Shown here: positions 12,781 through 24,565 of the stretch, one piece after another
Layout of the letters: every line of letters begins with the position of its first letter
Numbering within the stretch: the stretch's first letter is position 1
Position numbers and translations under genes: made by a program
Assembly (NCBI RefSeq): GCF_009834535.1
Contig: NC_045697.1
Location: 81,904,001-81,968,000, forward strand
Direction of reading: 5' to 3'
DNA from: Camelus ferus
Taxonomy: Eukaryota
DNA: 64,000 bases
The notes under the pieces: generated by a model
Databases searched by the model: none
Seen by the model: the letters and a program-made list of their open reading frames with translations, nothing else
What the model was told of the DNA's origin: nothing

Positions 12781-13639
12781 TTTTACATTTGCCATGTTCT
12801 CAGTCTTTATATACTCCATGCTTAAGATAAACCACATCATTCAGATGTGATTTATGCTATGAAAGACTATGAAAAGATATTCCTTGCCTGTGTTTTTGAA
12901 CTCAACATCTATTCTTAGCTGAATTTTAGTTTAATAATGGAGCACACTGATTTTATTACATTTATCAAAGTGAGAGAGTATACATGCTTCGTGTGTGTAT
13001 TCATGTATGTGTATATGTATGATTTAATTACTCTGCTAAGTAACCCGATTCTTTTAAGATTTTAGTTCTCTCATTTTTTAAAGATTTAAGACTCCCTTCT
13101 CATTCAGTTTATAATCCAATTAGAGCTTATTACTCATTGCACAGTTTTATCAAATCAGTGCTAATTTTAAAGAAGGTATTGGTTTAAATTTGAGACCATG
13201 TGTGTATATATTAGAATTAAATATTTATGGGTATAAGCATCAAAATTATGTATACTTATTTATGTGTATCAGAAATATATATATATATTGTTATAAACAT
13301 GCAAGCATGTGTATACTAGAATTATATATGTATATGTTTATATCAAGACTACATCAGAATTTTGTTTCTTTTCTCATTAGGTAGGATTTTTTTTCCAAAC
13401 ACATTCTTGCATATCAAAAAATTGTATTTTTTTCTATACTTCAATTTAAATAGTATTTTAAATAATTCTACCTAAGGACAGAAAATGTTTTTAATCAAAT
13501 TTGGTTTATTTAGGCATTTAAAATTTACATTTAGTCAATTTAGGAAGTCCTCTCTACTTCCTTTCTCCTGTAGATTAGATAATTACATACACACACACAT
13601 ATGTATATGATTGTTGTATGGTATACACACATATACATA

Positions 13640-14360
13640 CATTGATTGTTATTCCAGACTAGCTTCTGCTGTAAATCTGTTTTTTGAATAATTATTGGCA
13701 TCACCTATTTTTATTCAAATGTCCCCATGTTTGGATGATAATGGATGTGGTCCCTAATTTCCAACAGCAGCTCATTTCCAAGGTAAATGCAGCACCATGA
13801 CCTATCCTGCTTGTCAAGCACCTATTCTGTTTTTCAGTTCTTCACCATACATCATATCCTTATGACTCTGATTTCATTCACTTAGATTTCCTGTAGTCCC
13901 ATTATATTCTCCAGTCAGTGGTCTAAATAAACTAAATGACCCTTTTCCAGACAGTGAGGCCACAATAGATCTGCCGGTTCTTTTTCAAACACTTTTGTTC
14001 CCTCTCTGGCGCATAAGACAATTCAGATCGTTCCTCAGACTCTCTCAAAATGTAGGAAAACAGGAGTAGAGAATGGCTTTATGTGACACACTGTGCCTAG
14101 ACCTGTCAGCCATCATTTTTGGTCTATTAACCCTTTTTATTGTAAATAGATTCAGGGCAATTCCTTATTTTCAAGATCCTACCTTGGAGATTAATTTGTT
14201 TCCCTGGGTTTTGGGATCACCAACCTTACCTGGGAGATGAATCTTGCACCCACGCAAGCCTAGGCCTAGAGAAAGATTGGATGTGGAATCATTACCACTG
14301 GACTAGAATCTCTCACATCTGATTCTAACCCTTGCTTTCTCTAGCTCAGAAAATGGTCTA
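13640..14360 (-). mobile_element. Probable ancient ERVL/MaLR internal fragment
   Basis: GC-richer decayed block resembling ERVL-MaLR internal sequence. No clean protein motif recovered. Confidence 0.35.
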
Positions 14361-14835
14361 CGGAATTTTTGAGAGAAGTACAATGCTCATGGAATAAAGT
14401 TCAGAATGTATTCCACTTTCTTCATCAAAACAGCCATATGTAAAATTACTAAAATTCAAGAATTCTTTTTTTTTTTTTAACATTCTGGTCCCAGTGTTAG
14501 CTCTTTCACTTAAAAAAACAACAACAACAACAACAAACTTCATATCATGATTTCTATCATAGGAGTAAGGTATTTAGAGTAAAAAGCTGAAACAGAAAAT
14601 AATTAACTGGCAGTACTATCATCAATGATTCTTTGGAAGTTTGTACCTTCTGAAATACTGTATAGTACTGAGTCTTGCTAAACTAGGGTTTGGGGTATTT
14701 TATATGGGTTCATCTCTGAAAATTTTGATAAATTTTAATAGAATAATAAGAAGCAAAAAAACTAATGACAGTTTATTCCCATGAAGTAATACAAAATTTT
14801 TGTAGTTCTTATTTAGTACAACCATTTTTAAGGTC

Positions 14836-14837
<2 letters not shown>

Positions 14838-14866
<29 letters not shown>
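14838..14866. repeat. (TA)n microsatellite
   Basis: Direct TA run. Confidence 0.95.
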
Positions 14867-14870
<4 letters not shown>

Positions 14871-16544
14871 AGAAGAGTAATTTTTTCTCTTTAAGATAAG
14901 AGAACTGGGACATAGATCATTTAAGCAGCATAGTCACATGCTGGTAATTGGGTAAGGTAATTCTATGTTAGCACAAAGGAGCCAAATTATAAGGTGCCTT
15001 CAGTCTTCACATAGTATACAATATATTAATATACAGTATTGGAAATTAAGGAATTTCCACCACTGAGTGTCCCAAATGAGTGAAAAATTATTTGATTATC
15101 ACCACAGTCAGTTGTCAGGGGTATAAAAAACTGAAGCCAGTCACTTCCAGGAATTAAAACACTGGTGAGGTTGTATCTGCATGTTTAGAAGCTCTTTTAC
15201 AAGGTGAAACCAGCTTTTCAAACTGTTTCAAAAGGTCTCCTACCTGAAGCCTGGAGGAAAACAAAATGGGCTATTTCTGATTATGATTTATGTCACATGG
15301 AATAAGAACAGGCTTTGTCGAAAGACCCTTATGACTGTCCTTTGTTTATTTGTACTTCCTGTCTTTTACTTGTTTGTACTTTCAACTTTTAAACTCTCAA
15401 AAAGTTTTACATTAATTCAGTTGGGTTCTGAAAAGGCTAAAGTCATCAGCCTCCTTGTGTTCTTTGGTTTTTTCTTTTGTTTGTTTGTTTTTTAAATTAT
15501 TTTTATTTACTAAGAAGAATCCATGACATTCCCAACCTTTATAGGAAACCTCACTTTCCCTTTCTTAATATGCCCCTGCCATTTCCAGTGAATTAAAAAT
15601 TAATAGAATTTTATCCAATTACAGAGCTAAGGAAAAAATATTCATTTGACCATTTAATTCCAGAGTCATTGTACTCTGTGGCTTCATGGATAATTTAATG
15701 GAAATTTGAGAGAGGACCCATTTACCACAATCATATAGTTAGTTGCCTTTTAAACCTGAGAATAGTGATTTTTGAGTATAATTACATAGGGCAGGATAAA
15801 AGCAGGAACCAAACACTGAAATATTGAGTGCTGTGTAGTTCTTAAAAAAGTAAGCTGTGAATTTTGGACCTTGAAATATCAAAGTCGTGAAGGCACAAAT
15901 ATCTTGCTAGATAACCAAAGGCAAATCCATTTAAAGTGCAAAGCTTGCATTTTATCCAGTCACTTTCTTAAATAAGTGAAGTGAAACATCAAAATCACTT
16001 GAAGTAAGATTCAGTGGGGATATAAAAGTAACTGAATCTGAAACTTAAAAAGTTAAGAATGTATCTAGAGAATTTTAAAGATTAAATATTACAAGTTGAA
16101 GATTTTTCAAAGATACTTTTAAGGCTTAAAAATATTCTGTACATTTTAAAAGTCATATATTTTAAGCATATGTCATTTTGTTGATAATTAGTAAAATATT
16201 TACCAAATATTTGAATATTTAAAATTATATAAAACCAATTAAAATGTATTTGGGAGGATAATATAGGGCTATTTCAGATAATGTATGATTATACTTAAAA
16301 TTTCAAAGAAATAATTTTTAAAACTCCACAGCATCATTATGTTGAACAACTCTGATTCCTCATGTGGATAAAAAAATATTGACAAGCCATTAAAATAAAC
16401 CAAAATTTCAACAATCAATTGAAAATATGACCTCATATCACACAATAGAATAATGCATGGAATATTGTAAAGAGTTTTATTTTCAGGACAGTTTTTTGGG
16501 AGATATTTGGCAACCAACTATTTATGTCATAAATTTACTAACTA

Positions 16545-18010
16545 AAACTTAATTGAGGTAAAATTCACAAAATATAAAATACACCATTGTAAAGTATATA
16601 CATAGTGACATTTAGTATATTCAATATATTGTGCAACCATCACTGCTATTTAGTTGCAAAACATTTTCATCACTCCCAAAGCCATTTAAGCAATTATTCC
16701 CATTCTTCCCTCCACACAGTCCTTAACAACCACCATTTTGCTACCTATCTCTGTGGATTTACCTGTCATATATATTTCATATAAATGAAATCATAAATAT
16801 GTGGCCTTTTGTGTCTGGGTTTTTCACTTATCATGTTTTAAGGTTTGTCTTCTTTGTAGTATGTATTATTAGTTCATTTCCTTTTTGGCCAAATAATATA
16901 TCGTTGTACATATATATACCACATTTTATCATCCATCATTTTGTTGATGGACATTTGGGTTGTCTGTATGTTTTGAATATTGTGAATAGTGCTACTATGG
17001 ATATACATATAAAAGTATAATTTTGAGTTATCTGTTTCCAATCTTTGGGGCATGTACAAAGAAGTGGAATGAATGAGTCATATGTTAGGCTATGTTTAAC
17101 TTTTTGAAGAACTACTAAAATTGCCACAGCACATGTACCATTTCACATTCCAGCCAGTGATGTAAAAGGTTCCAATTTGTCTACATCTTCCCCAAACATC
17201 TAATTTATTTATTTTAATATTATAGCCATGCTAGGAAGTATGAACAAGTATCTTACTGTGGTTTTGATTTATACTTTCGTAATGATTAATAATTTTCAAC
17301 ACCTTATCATGAGCTTTAACCAAGAATTTTTAGGATTTGCTTTTTCACTACGATGTTGGTAGGTTTTTTTCTTTTTTTTTCCCCATGATCACAAAGCATT
17401 ATGTCTTTTCCAGAAATTTCCAGAATCTTTACAAAAACTTATTTTAGAAATAAATACTTAAATATCTATTAATATCACCCTAATAAAACTTAATAACAGT
17501 AACCTTAAAGTATATTTGTGAAAACTATTTCAAAATATTATCTTTATTTTTATATAAAAAGTTCATAGAAACTGATAAGCACACTCTAAAATGAAGACAA
17601 TAAAGTAAACAATAAAGTGATCATTTGAATATCTTTGAAAATAACGTATATTCAGGACTTTTTAATAAGATTGTTTTGTGTGTGTGTGGTGGTAGTTATT
17701 ACTTGCTAATTGAGTTGTATGAGATCCTTTATATTTTGAATATTAACCCCTTCAGATATGTGCTTTACAAATATTTTCTCCTATTCCCTATGTTACCTTT
17801 TAATTATGTAGAGTGTATCTCTTACTGTGCGGAAGTTTATAGTTTGATGTTATCACATTTGTTTGGGTTTTTGTTCTGTTTTGTTTTGTTTTGTTTTGTT
17901 TTTTGTTACTCATGCGCTTGGTGTCATATATAAAAATTCTTGCCAAGACCAAATGTCAAGAAGTTCTTTCATTCTAGGAGCTTTATGTCCTTAGGTCTTA
18001 TATTTAATTC
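16545..18010 (-). mobile_element. LINE-1 (L1MB-type) 3'UTR plus ORF2 C-terminus, interrupted by about 300 bp at 17317-17617
   Basis: 'aattgaggtaaaattcac...gtgcaaccatcactgctatttagttgcaaaacattttcatcactccc', 'gatggacatttgggttgt', 'ttgaatattaaccccttcagatatg'. Confidence 0.88.
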
Positions 18011-19900
18011 TTTCTCACTGTAGCCGTTTTTAGGTTCAATCTATTTGGCTTCCTTTGGGCCTCATGAAACTGGGTGTCCATTTTCTTCCCCAAGATTGGG
18101 AGATTTTCAACCATTACTGCTTTAAATAGACTTTCTATTCCTTTCTCTTTTAGTGATTCCCATAATGTATATTATTTTCACTAGTGGTGTCCCATAACTC
18201 CTGTAGACTTATTTCACTCTTTTTCATTCTTTTTCCTTTTTCCTCCTGTGACTGGATAATTTCAAATAACCTGTCTTTTAGATCATTGGCTGTTTCTTCT
18301 GCTTGATCTGGATCACTGGTGAAGCTCTCTATAGAAATTTTAGTTTAGTCATATTCTTCAGCTCTCTCTCTATATATTTTTTGATGGCTTCTATTTCTTT
18401 TTTGAACTTCTCATTTTGTTCATGCATTGTTTTACTAATTTTGCTGTCTCTGTGTTATTGTAGTTCACTGAACTTTTTTAATAGGATCATTCTGAATATT
18501 TTTTCCAAAAGTTCATAAGTCTCTATTCTTGCAGGGTGTGTTACTGGAGCTTTATTAGTTTCCTTTGATGTCATGTTTATGTTCTTTGTGAACCCTGATT
18601 CCTTGCATTGGTACTGTTCATTCTGTAAACAGTGTTATCGAATTCAGGTTCAGTTGTTCATTGCCGAGGAATCCAATACTGAGAGACAAGTATTGGGTAA
18701 AAGGAAAGATACCAATATTGAGGGAGCCAGCAATCCTGGTGAGATGGTAGACTCATGTCCCTAAGAACCAACTCCCCACTGTCAATCAGGGGGCAAGAGC
18801 TTCTAAAGGGGAGTTTCATGGGTATATAGTCAGGAGGAGTGTGCTATGTGCAGAGCAGCACAGTCATCTCTGATGATAATCTTGAAATTGGTCATGCAGT
18901 GGTCTGATCAACATCATTTTGATTGTTTTAGGTACAGTTAGTCTTAAACTCCAGGGTTGATTTGTTCCCTTTTGCTTGAGGCCAGTTGTGGAATTGTGCA
19001 AGTTGGAGCAGCTTATGTCGTGACTATACTCTGGTCATTCATGTAGTTAATTTCTTCCACCTATTGGGACTTTCAGTATCTATAGAACAGTTCAAAGGAT
19101 ATGGCTCAGAATATTATCTGTAGCCCTTGAGGAGGAACTAAATAAAGGTCCTTGACTCTGTTTAACAGCTAAACTATTACTGTGTTGTCTTGTTTGATTA
19201 TTTTCCTTTGTTTCTGCATTTTTTTCTGATTAAATATATTTTTTGGCTAAAGTTTGTCTACTGACAAGAGGAAGGTGGAGGACATGGAGGATTCTGTCCT
19301 GGTAAGGACACACTGGGTCCTGTTCCATTACACTATTGTCTTTCAGACTTTACAAGTTCATTTTGATCAGGAAAGTCTCTCACCAGTCAGCTCACCTTAG
19401 GTACTGTACAGGTTAGCTTGTAACATCCATGGGCAGGCATCACTCTGTTCCCTGAGCAAATGGTGCCACTGGCTGGACTTCAGGTTCAGGGAGCACCACA
19501 TGCAGGGCTTTGCCAATGGACAGGGCCTCAGGCTGTGCTCTGTAATTAGGTTGGGCCACAGGCTATACCCTGAAGTTGGGCAAGACCATATGTTAGGCTT
19601 CCCAATCAGGTAGGCTACTCCTGTGCTCCACTATTCAGCAAGGTTGCTTGCTGGGCTCTCTAGTTGAAAGAGGCCTCCAGCTGTATCCCACAGTTATGGA
19701 GGCTAGATATTGTACTTCATGGTGAGGTGGGATTGCTGTCATGGCTTTGTTCCTGGGCAAGGCCACAGGCTATGTTCAGCAGTTGGACAGGGCTGTAGGC
19801 TAAGCTTCACTGAGTGTTACTTTTGGACTGGGCCAGGTTGCCTGATATCTGTGATGAGGCAATAGCCCAACAGTGTCTGAATGGTCTATACCAAGGGCCT
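18011..19900 (-). mobile_element. LINE-1 ORF1/5' region (old L1M), split by an LTR insertion
   Basis: 'ttccccaagattgggagattttcaaccattactgctttaaatagac', 'gactggataatttcaaataacctgtc'. After the LTR it resumes as 'cagactttacaagttc...caccagtcagc' followed by GC-richer 5'UTR-like repeats. Confidence 0.72.
18633..19332 (-). mobile_element. ERV1-class solo LTR (about 700 bp) nested in L1
   Basis: TGTTA start and TTACA end. Internal 'ccaatactgagagacaagtattggg', 'gaaattggtcatgcagtggtctgatc' and 'agcccttgaggaggaactaa' are typical of laurasiatherian ERV1 LTRs. Confidence 0.85.
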
Positions 19901-20181
19901 CAGCTCTGACAGTTGGTATTACTGAGACTTCTCTATGCAGGATATATCATCCTCAAATGGGGCATCCTTGGCTTATTCACATGGTGGTGGAAGGATATGG
20001 AGTAGGAAAAAAGAGCAAGCACCAAAACATAAGCAGTTGTCATATCTCTGTTGGCTTCATGGTTGCTAATGACCATGAGACAAAACAAGACACAAGGCCA
20101 AATTCAAGAGGTGAAAAAAGATTTCATCTCTTCATGGGATAAATTGCAAAACATTGTATATATTTTTTCCAATCTGCCACA
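19900..20181 (-). mobile_element. MaLR MLT1 LTR fragment
   Basis: 'ggcttattcacatggtgg...caaggccaaattcaagagg...catctcttcatggga...tttttccaatctgccaca' is antisense MLT1 5' end. Confidence 0.75.
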
Positions 20182-22788
20182 GGGATTTTTATTTTTAATT
20201 TACTCATGAATAAATCTAAGTAAGTTAGAAATGCCATTGTATTTGTGCATCTGAATGTATTTGGATAAATGGTAGAAGAATGGATATGGTATATTCTGTG
20301 ACCTTAAATAAATCTGGGAAGTGTGATACTTTTATCAGGGGAATTGTTTGCTATATGTGAAAAACATTCAAATTTCTGTTAAATAATAATCACTGTCTAA
20401 TGATCTCAAGTCCTTAAATTCCCAGAGGAAAAAAAAAAGAATTGTTAATTTTTAATGATATTTATAAAGAGTCTGCCTTTCCTCTTTTGATAGAATCAAT
20501 AGAATGATGCAGAGGTAAATGTAATGACAATTTCAAACTCTTATATCATGTTTTTAACTAAAAGACATACCTGAACTTTTGTTGGATTGAACACTGCCAC
20601 AAAGTTTTCAAACTTCAAAGTGGCAGTCATAACAGAGGAAATAATGCATTGTGGACTACTTTGACAAAGTGTAAATAGGATATCCCCACATGACTTTCAT
20701 TCTGGAGATCACATGTGTCACTGCACTTAGAACATTAATAAAGCTTGTAGTCAAAAACATTAGGACAGGTTAAATAATAAACCAGTGTATTTTAACAGCT
20801 AATGTGAGTCATGTAAACTGTGAATTAATACAGTAAGTGTCAATAAGAAATTAAAGTCTAGATGAGTCAAGCCAGTGAGTAGTAGATATCTTTTAACAAA
20901 GATTAGTAAAAATCAAAGACTTATTATCTAAAGTAGGATTCTGAAATCAAATATTTGAAATTCTTTGACATCTTCAAATTTGTAATAATACATTTATGGA
21001 TTTTTGATGAAGATATGTTTGATAACATACCACTATATATTACATTGCCTGAATCATAGTGTGAGTTTTGTAAGTGGTGCTTTATTGTCTATTATGGAGA
21101 ATAAAAATACAGTTTCTTAAGACAACTAGAAGAATCACTAAGACCAGAAGATCTTAGATGTAGCAACAAACAGATGGGGTTCAAATCTAAAAATATATAA
21201 TAGAATAGTAATGGCATCAAACTGAGATAAATTAAAATATTCAAAGCAGGGATCTAATAAATACTATATTAAGTTTGTTGACTTTTTGTGGGGAGCAAAT
21301 TCAAGCATCTAACAGACTATTTCTTTGTGATGAAGTATATTCATTTTTATGAACATGGATTTGGTTCTAAGAGACTTTCTAGTCTAGTTATCAAAATAAC
21401 AGTGATTGATATTTAGGAATGTAAAATTGACATCTCCAAAGTAATTTAGCTAATTAGACACAGAGCTAAAATCATAATTTGTATCTTATTCTTACTTAGT
21501 GATATTTTCATTTTATTCTTACTTAAAAATTCTAGATTGAATTTTCACAGTCCAATCAGAGCAGATATTGAATTATTATGAAAAGCCAATTATATATGCT
21601 AGTAAAAATCCTCAAGTGAAAATATTTAATTTTAGATGAAGCTTTTCTTTTGGATAATATCCATGAACAGCCCCATTTCTGGCTAAATTATAATGGTAGA
21701 ATTGGTAGTTGTCTGATAAGTTTCATTTACCATATCCCATAAAATTCTGTCTTGTGTATTTTCTATATTTTCAAATCAAATTGATTACAAAAAAGGGAAA
21801 AAGTACTCACAGATTGTTTGAAGTCAGCACAAATGACAATTACATCTGATTGACTAAATGTAAGTGCCATGGTTCATTTCTGTCAAAGTCCCTGCAGCTT
21901 AAAGGTCATTATGGAAATTTTTTTTTTATTTTCACATAAAAGGCAATTCTGAATGTGGTAAAATCAGCTTTGAAATCAGAGTCTACTACTGAACAACCGA
22001 TTTATCATGTTTACTTTCTTACTCATATAAAAAATGTGAATGTCTGAAATTGAAAAAAATAAAAGTTTTGATGAACAAGAAATCTGACACACCTTAAAGT
22101 CAAAATGACCACAGCATAAAAGCTCTATACAGCTGACAGACTGATGAAAAGGTTCCCGTTTTGGCACTGTCTTTTAGAAAATATATAAATCAAGTGATTA
22201 CAATAGCTTTTTAAAAATTGACGTGTAAGTTACTGGCAGAAAATCAATAAGTTCCAAATTAAAAATAATAATGCAATCACCACACTCAGCTTTGTCCTGA
22301 AAACATGTATAACAATCAATATGATAAAGACTCTGTAAACTTGATTAAAAAAAAAAGCAGACTGATGCGTTCATATGGAAAGTCATTTTGCCAGCTAAAC
22401 ATTCTCTGCTGATACTGAACATTTATTTTCCTTAGGTTTGAACATATTCCTATGTCCTGGAAATGCACATATTATATTTGTTCTTAGTGTTCAAAATAGG
22501 CTGCTGAGATGAAAACACATCTCTGCCAGCAATTATTATGCATATACTATCCATATTGAATGTTTATAAGCGAAATATTTTTCAGCATTTGTTAATAAAA
22601 TAACACAAATTTAGTGGGCTTTTTCTGGAAAACTGAAAAAATTTAAATTTGCATTATTATATAACACCTTTAATTAATGTAGGCATACTATAATCTGCAT
22701 GTTCTGAATTCCCATGACTAGCAGAAGACTGACTTGTCTCTGTAAATAACCATTGATAGAGATACTTCAGATAAAACTCAAAAGGCAG

Positions 22789-23241
22789 ATTCCACATGTA
22801 AGTGATATCATACAGTATTTTTCTGGTGGGTATAAAAAAAAGAAGCAGACTCACAAATAAAGAGAACAAACTAGTGGTTACCAGTGGGGAGGGTCAATAT
22901 GAAACAGTAGGGGATTGAGTTTACAAGCTATTATGTATAAAATGAAATACAGTAATATATTGTACAACACAGGGAATATAGATAATATTTTACAGTAACT
23001 ATAAATAGAGTATAACCTTTAAAAATTGTGAATTAATATATGGTACACATTATAACTTTACATAATTTTGTACATCAACTATACTTCAGTACAAACTTAA
23101 ATTAAAAAAACAGGCCAAAATAGATAAATAATAAATTAACACAGCCTGTATGCTTTAGTTGGGTAAATTGTGTGGTATGTGAACATATCTCAACAAAGCT
23201 GTCAAAAAAATAAATAAAATGAATAATAGAACAGCCTAAAA
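22789..23241 (+). mobile_element. 5'-inverted L1 3' end with extra 3' sequence, bounded by an 18-bp TSD
   Basis: TSD ataaaa(c/a)tcaaaaggcag at 22771-22788 and 23242-23259. Inverted piece at 22787-22824, sense L1 3'UTR at about 22833-23110. Confidence 0.88.
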
Positions 23242-23530
23242 ATAAAAATCAAAAGGCAGCTCACTATATTCTAAATAGATATATATATAAACTGTGCAAA
23301 GTTAACATAATTCATTAACCTTTAATTTTATATTAGAATGTCCATTAACAATCTTAATAGTCAAGATACCAAAGCTATAACTTCAAATTTCATTACATCA
23401 CACAGTGCATAGGTAGATCTGAAAATGGACAGGAATCTCAAAAAATAATTGAGATTCATAATATGTTGGTGTGCAACATTTGTGTTGAAGTTCTCTCTCT
23501 AATGCATCAATTTGAATACTACCAATGATT

Positions 23531-23657
23531 GGAGAGGGTATAGTTCAAATGGTAGAGCACATGCTTAGCATGCAGGAGGTTCTGGGCTTAGTCTCCAGTA
23601 CCTACTCTAAAAATAAATAAATGAATAAACCTAATACCTTCTCCCTCAAAAAAATAA
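23531..23657 (+). mobile_element. tRNA-derived SINE, camelid Vic-1 type
   Basis: tRNA-like head GGAGAGGGTATAGTTCAAATGGTAGAGCACATGCTTAGCATGCAGGAGG with A box and degenerate B box. Tail 'aaataaataaatgaataaacctaataccttctccctc' plus A-run. Perfect 20-bp TSD aatttgaatactaccaatga at 23509-23528 and 23658-23677. Confidence 0.93.
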
Positions 23658-23769
23658 AATTTGAATACTACCAATGACTAACTTGATAGACAAGATAACT
23701 TATTATTATATCATCTTGTCTAGAATGTATCTAATAACTTTATGGAGTATTTTTTCCTTATATTATTGA

Positions 23770-23980
23770 GATACAGTATTAATAGTTAAATACACAAGTG
23801 GTATTGTCAACCCCTTTGAGTTTTATCGAATTCTGCTATTTCCTAGTGTGTGACCTTGACCAGTTTTATTTACCTCTTTAGTTTACTTTGTTTTATTTCT
23901 ATCACATCTAGGAAGGCTATTGAGAATTACAGCTAATGCTTATAAATCCCTTGCTATGTCATGAGTATTCAACATATTAT
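23770..23980 (+). mobile_element. MIR SINE (diverged)
   Basis: Core 'tctgctatttcctagtgtgtgaccttgaccagttttatttacctct'. Confidence 0.65.
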
Positions 23981-24229
23981 AGATCATTTGGTTATAGCGT
24001 TATATGTTAATATGGAACCTATTATTGAAATTTCTACCTCTTGGTCTGAGTTCTTTTATTTATTGGGGACCTAGTGCATACTTGAAGTGGAAAAGGACTT
24101 TACATGGATAAATTCATCATGTTCCCATGATCTTTCTGGGAAAACAAACAAACAAACAAACCTTAAACATGTTCTGGCAGTAAAATTTTGAGTGTTTTGG
24201 TCAGGGCAGTATCAAGATCATATAGGAAT

Positions 24230-24565
24230 AGTTACCTGCAGTAATCAGACTGCCAGATATCTCTCCAGCAAAGATGGACTTATTCTCAGTTGACAGAGAA
24301 TTGACAATTTGGGGTCTGCAACTCTGGTGAGCCACATGTAAGCCCCCACATGACAAAGAAAAGAGAATGCTTTTATGAAGAAAAGGAAATTGGAAGGACA
24401 ATAGTAAACAAAGACCCTTTTTTTTTTTTTTTTTTTTTTTTTTAGTAGGCTGAGTCCCTTCTAGGGAACAAGAGGAGTCTTTCTTCTTCCTGTCATGTCT
24501 ACTATTGTTACAGGGCATGAGAGAGGTCTCCCAACTCTATCTGAGGTTTCTGTTTCTTTTTTATG
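24230..24565 (-). mobile_element. ERV1 3' LTR with internal poly-T tract (24417-24443)
   Basis: 'agactgccagatatctctccagcaaagatggac...tggggtctgcaac'. Preceded on the minus strand by a PPT-like 'gatcaatagggaaaa' at about 24566-24580. Confidence 0.78.

Noticed and set aside
13010..13350. Apparent ~105-bp repeat or array
   Set aside because: TA/TG-rich low-complexity sequence. The similarity is explained by composition.
23531..23605. tRNA gene
   Set aside because: It has a degenerate B box/T-arm, a SINE-type tail and a 20-bp TSD, so it is a retroposed SINE.
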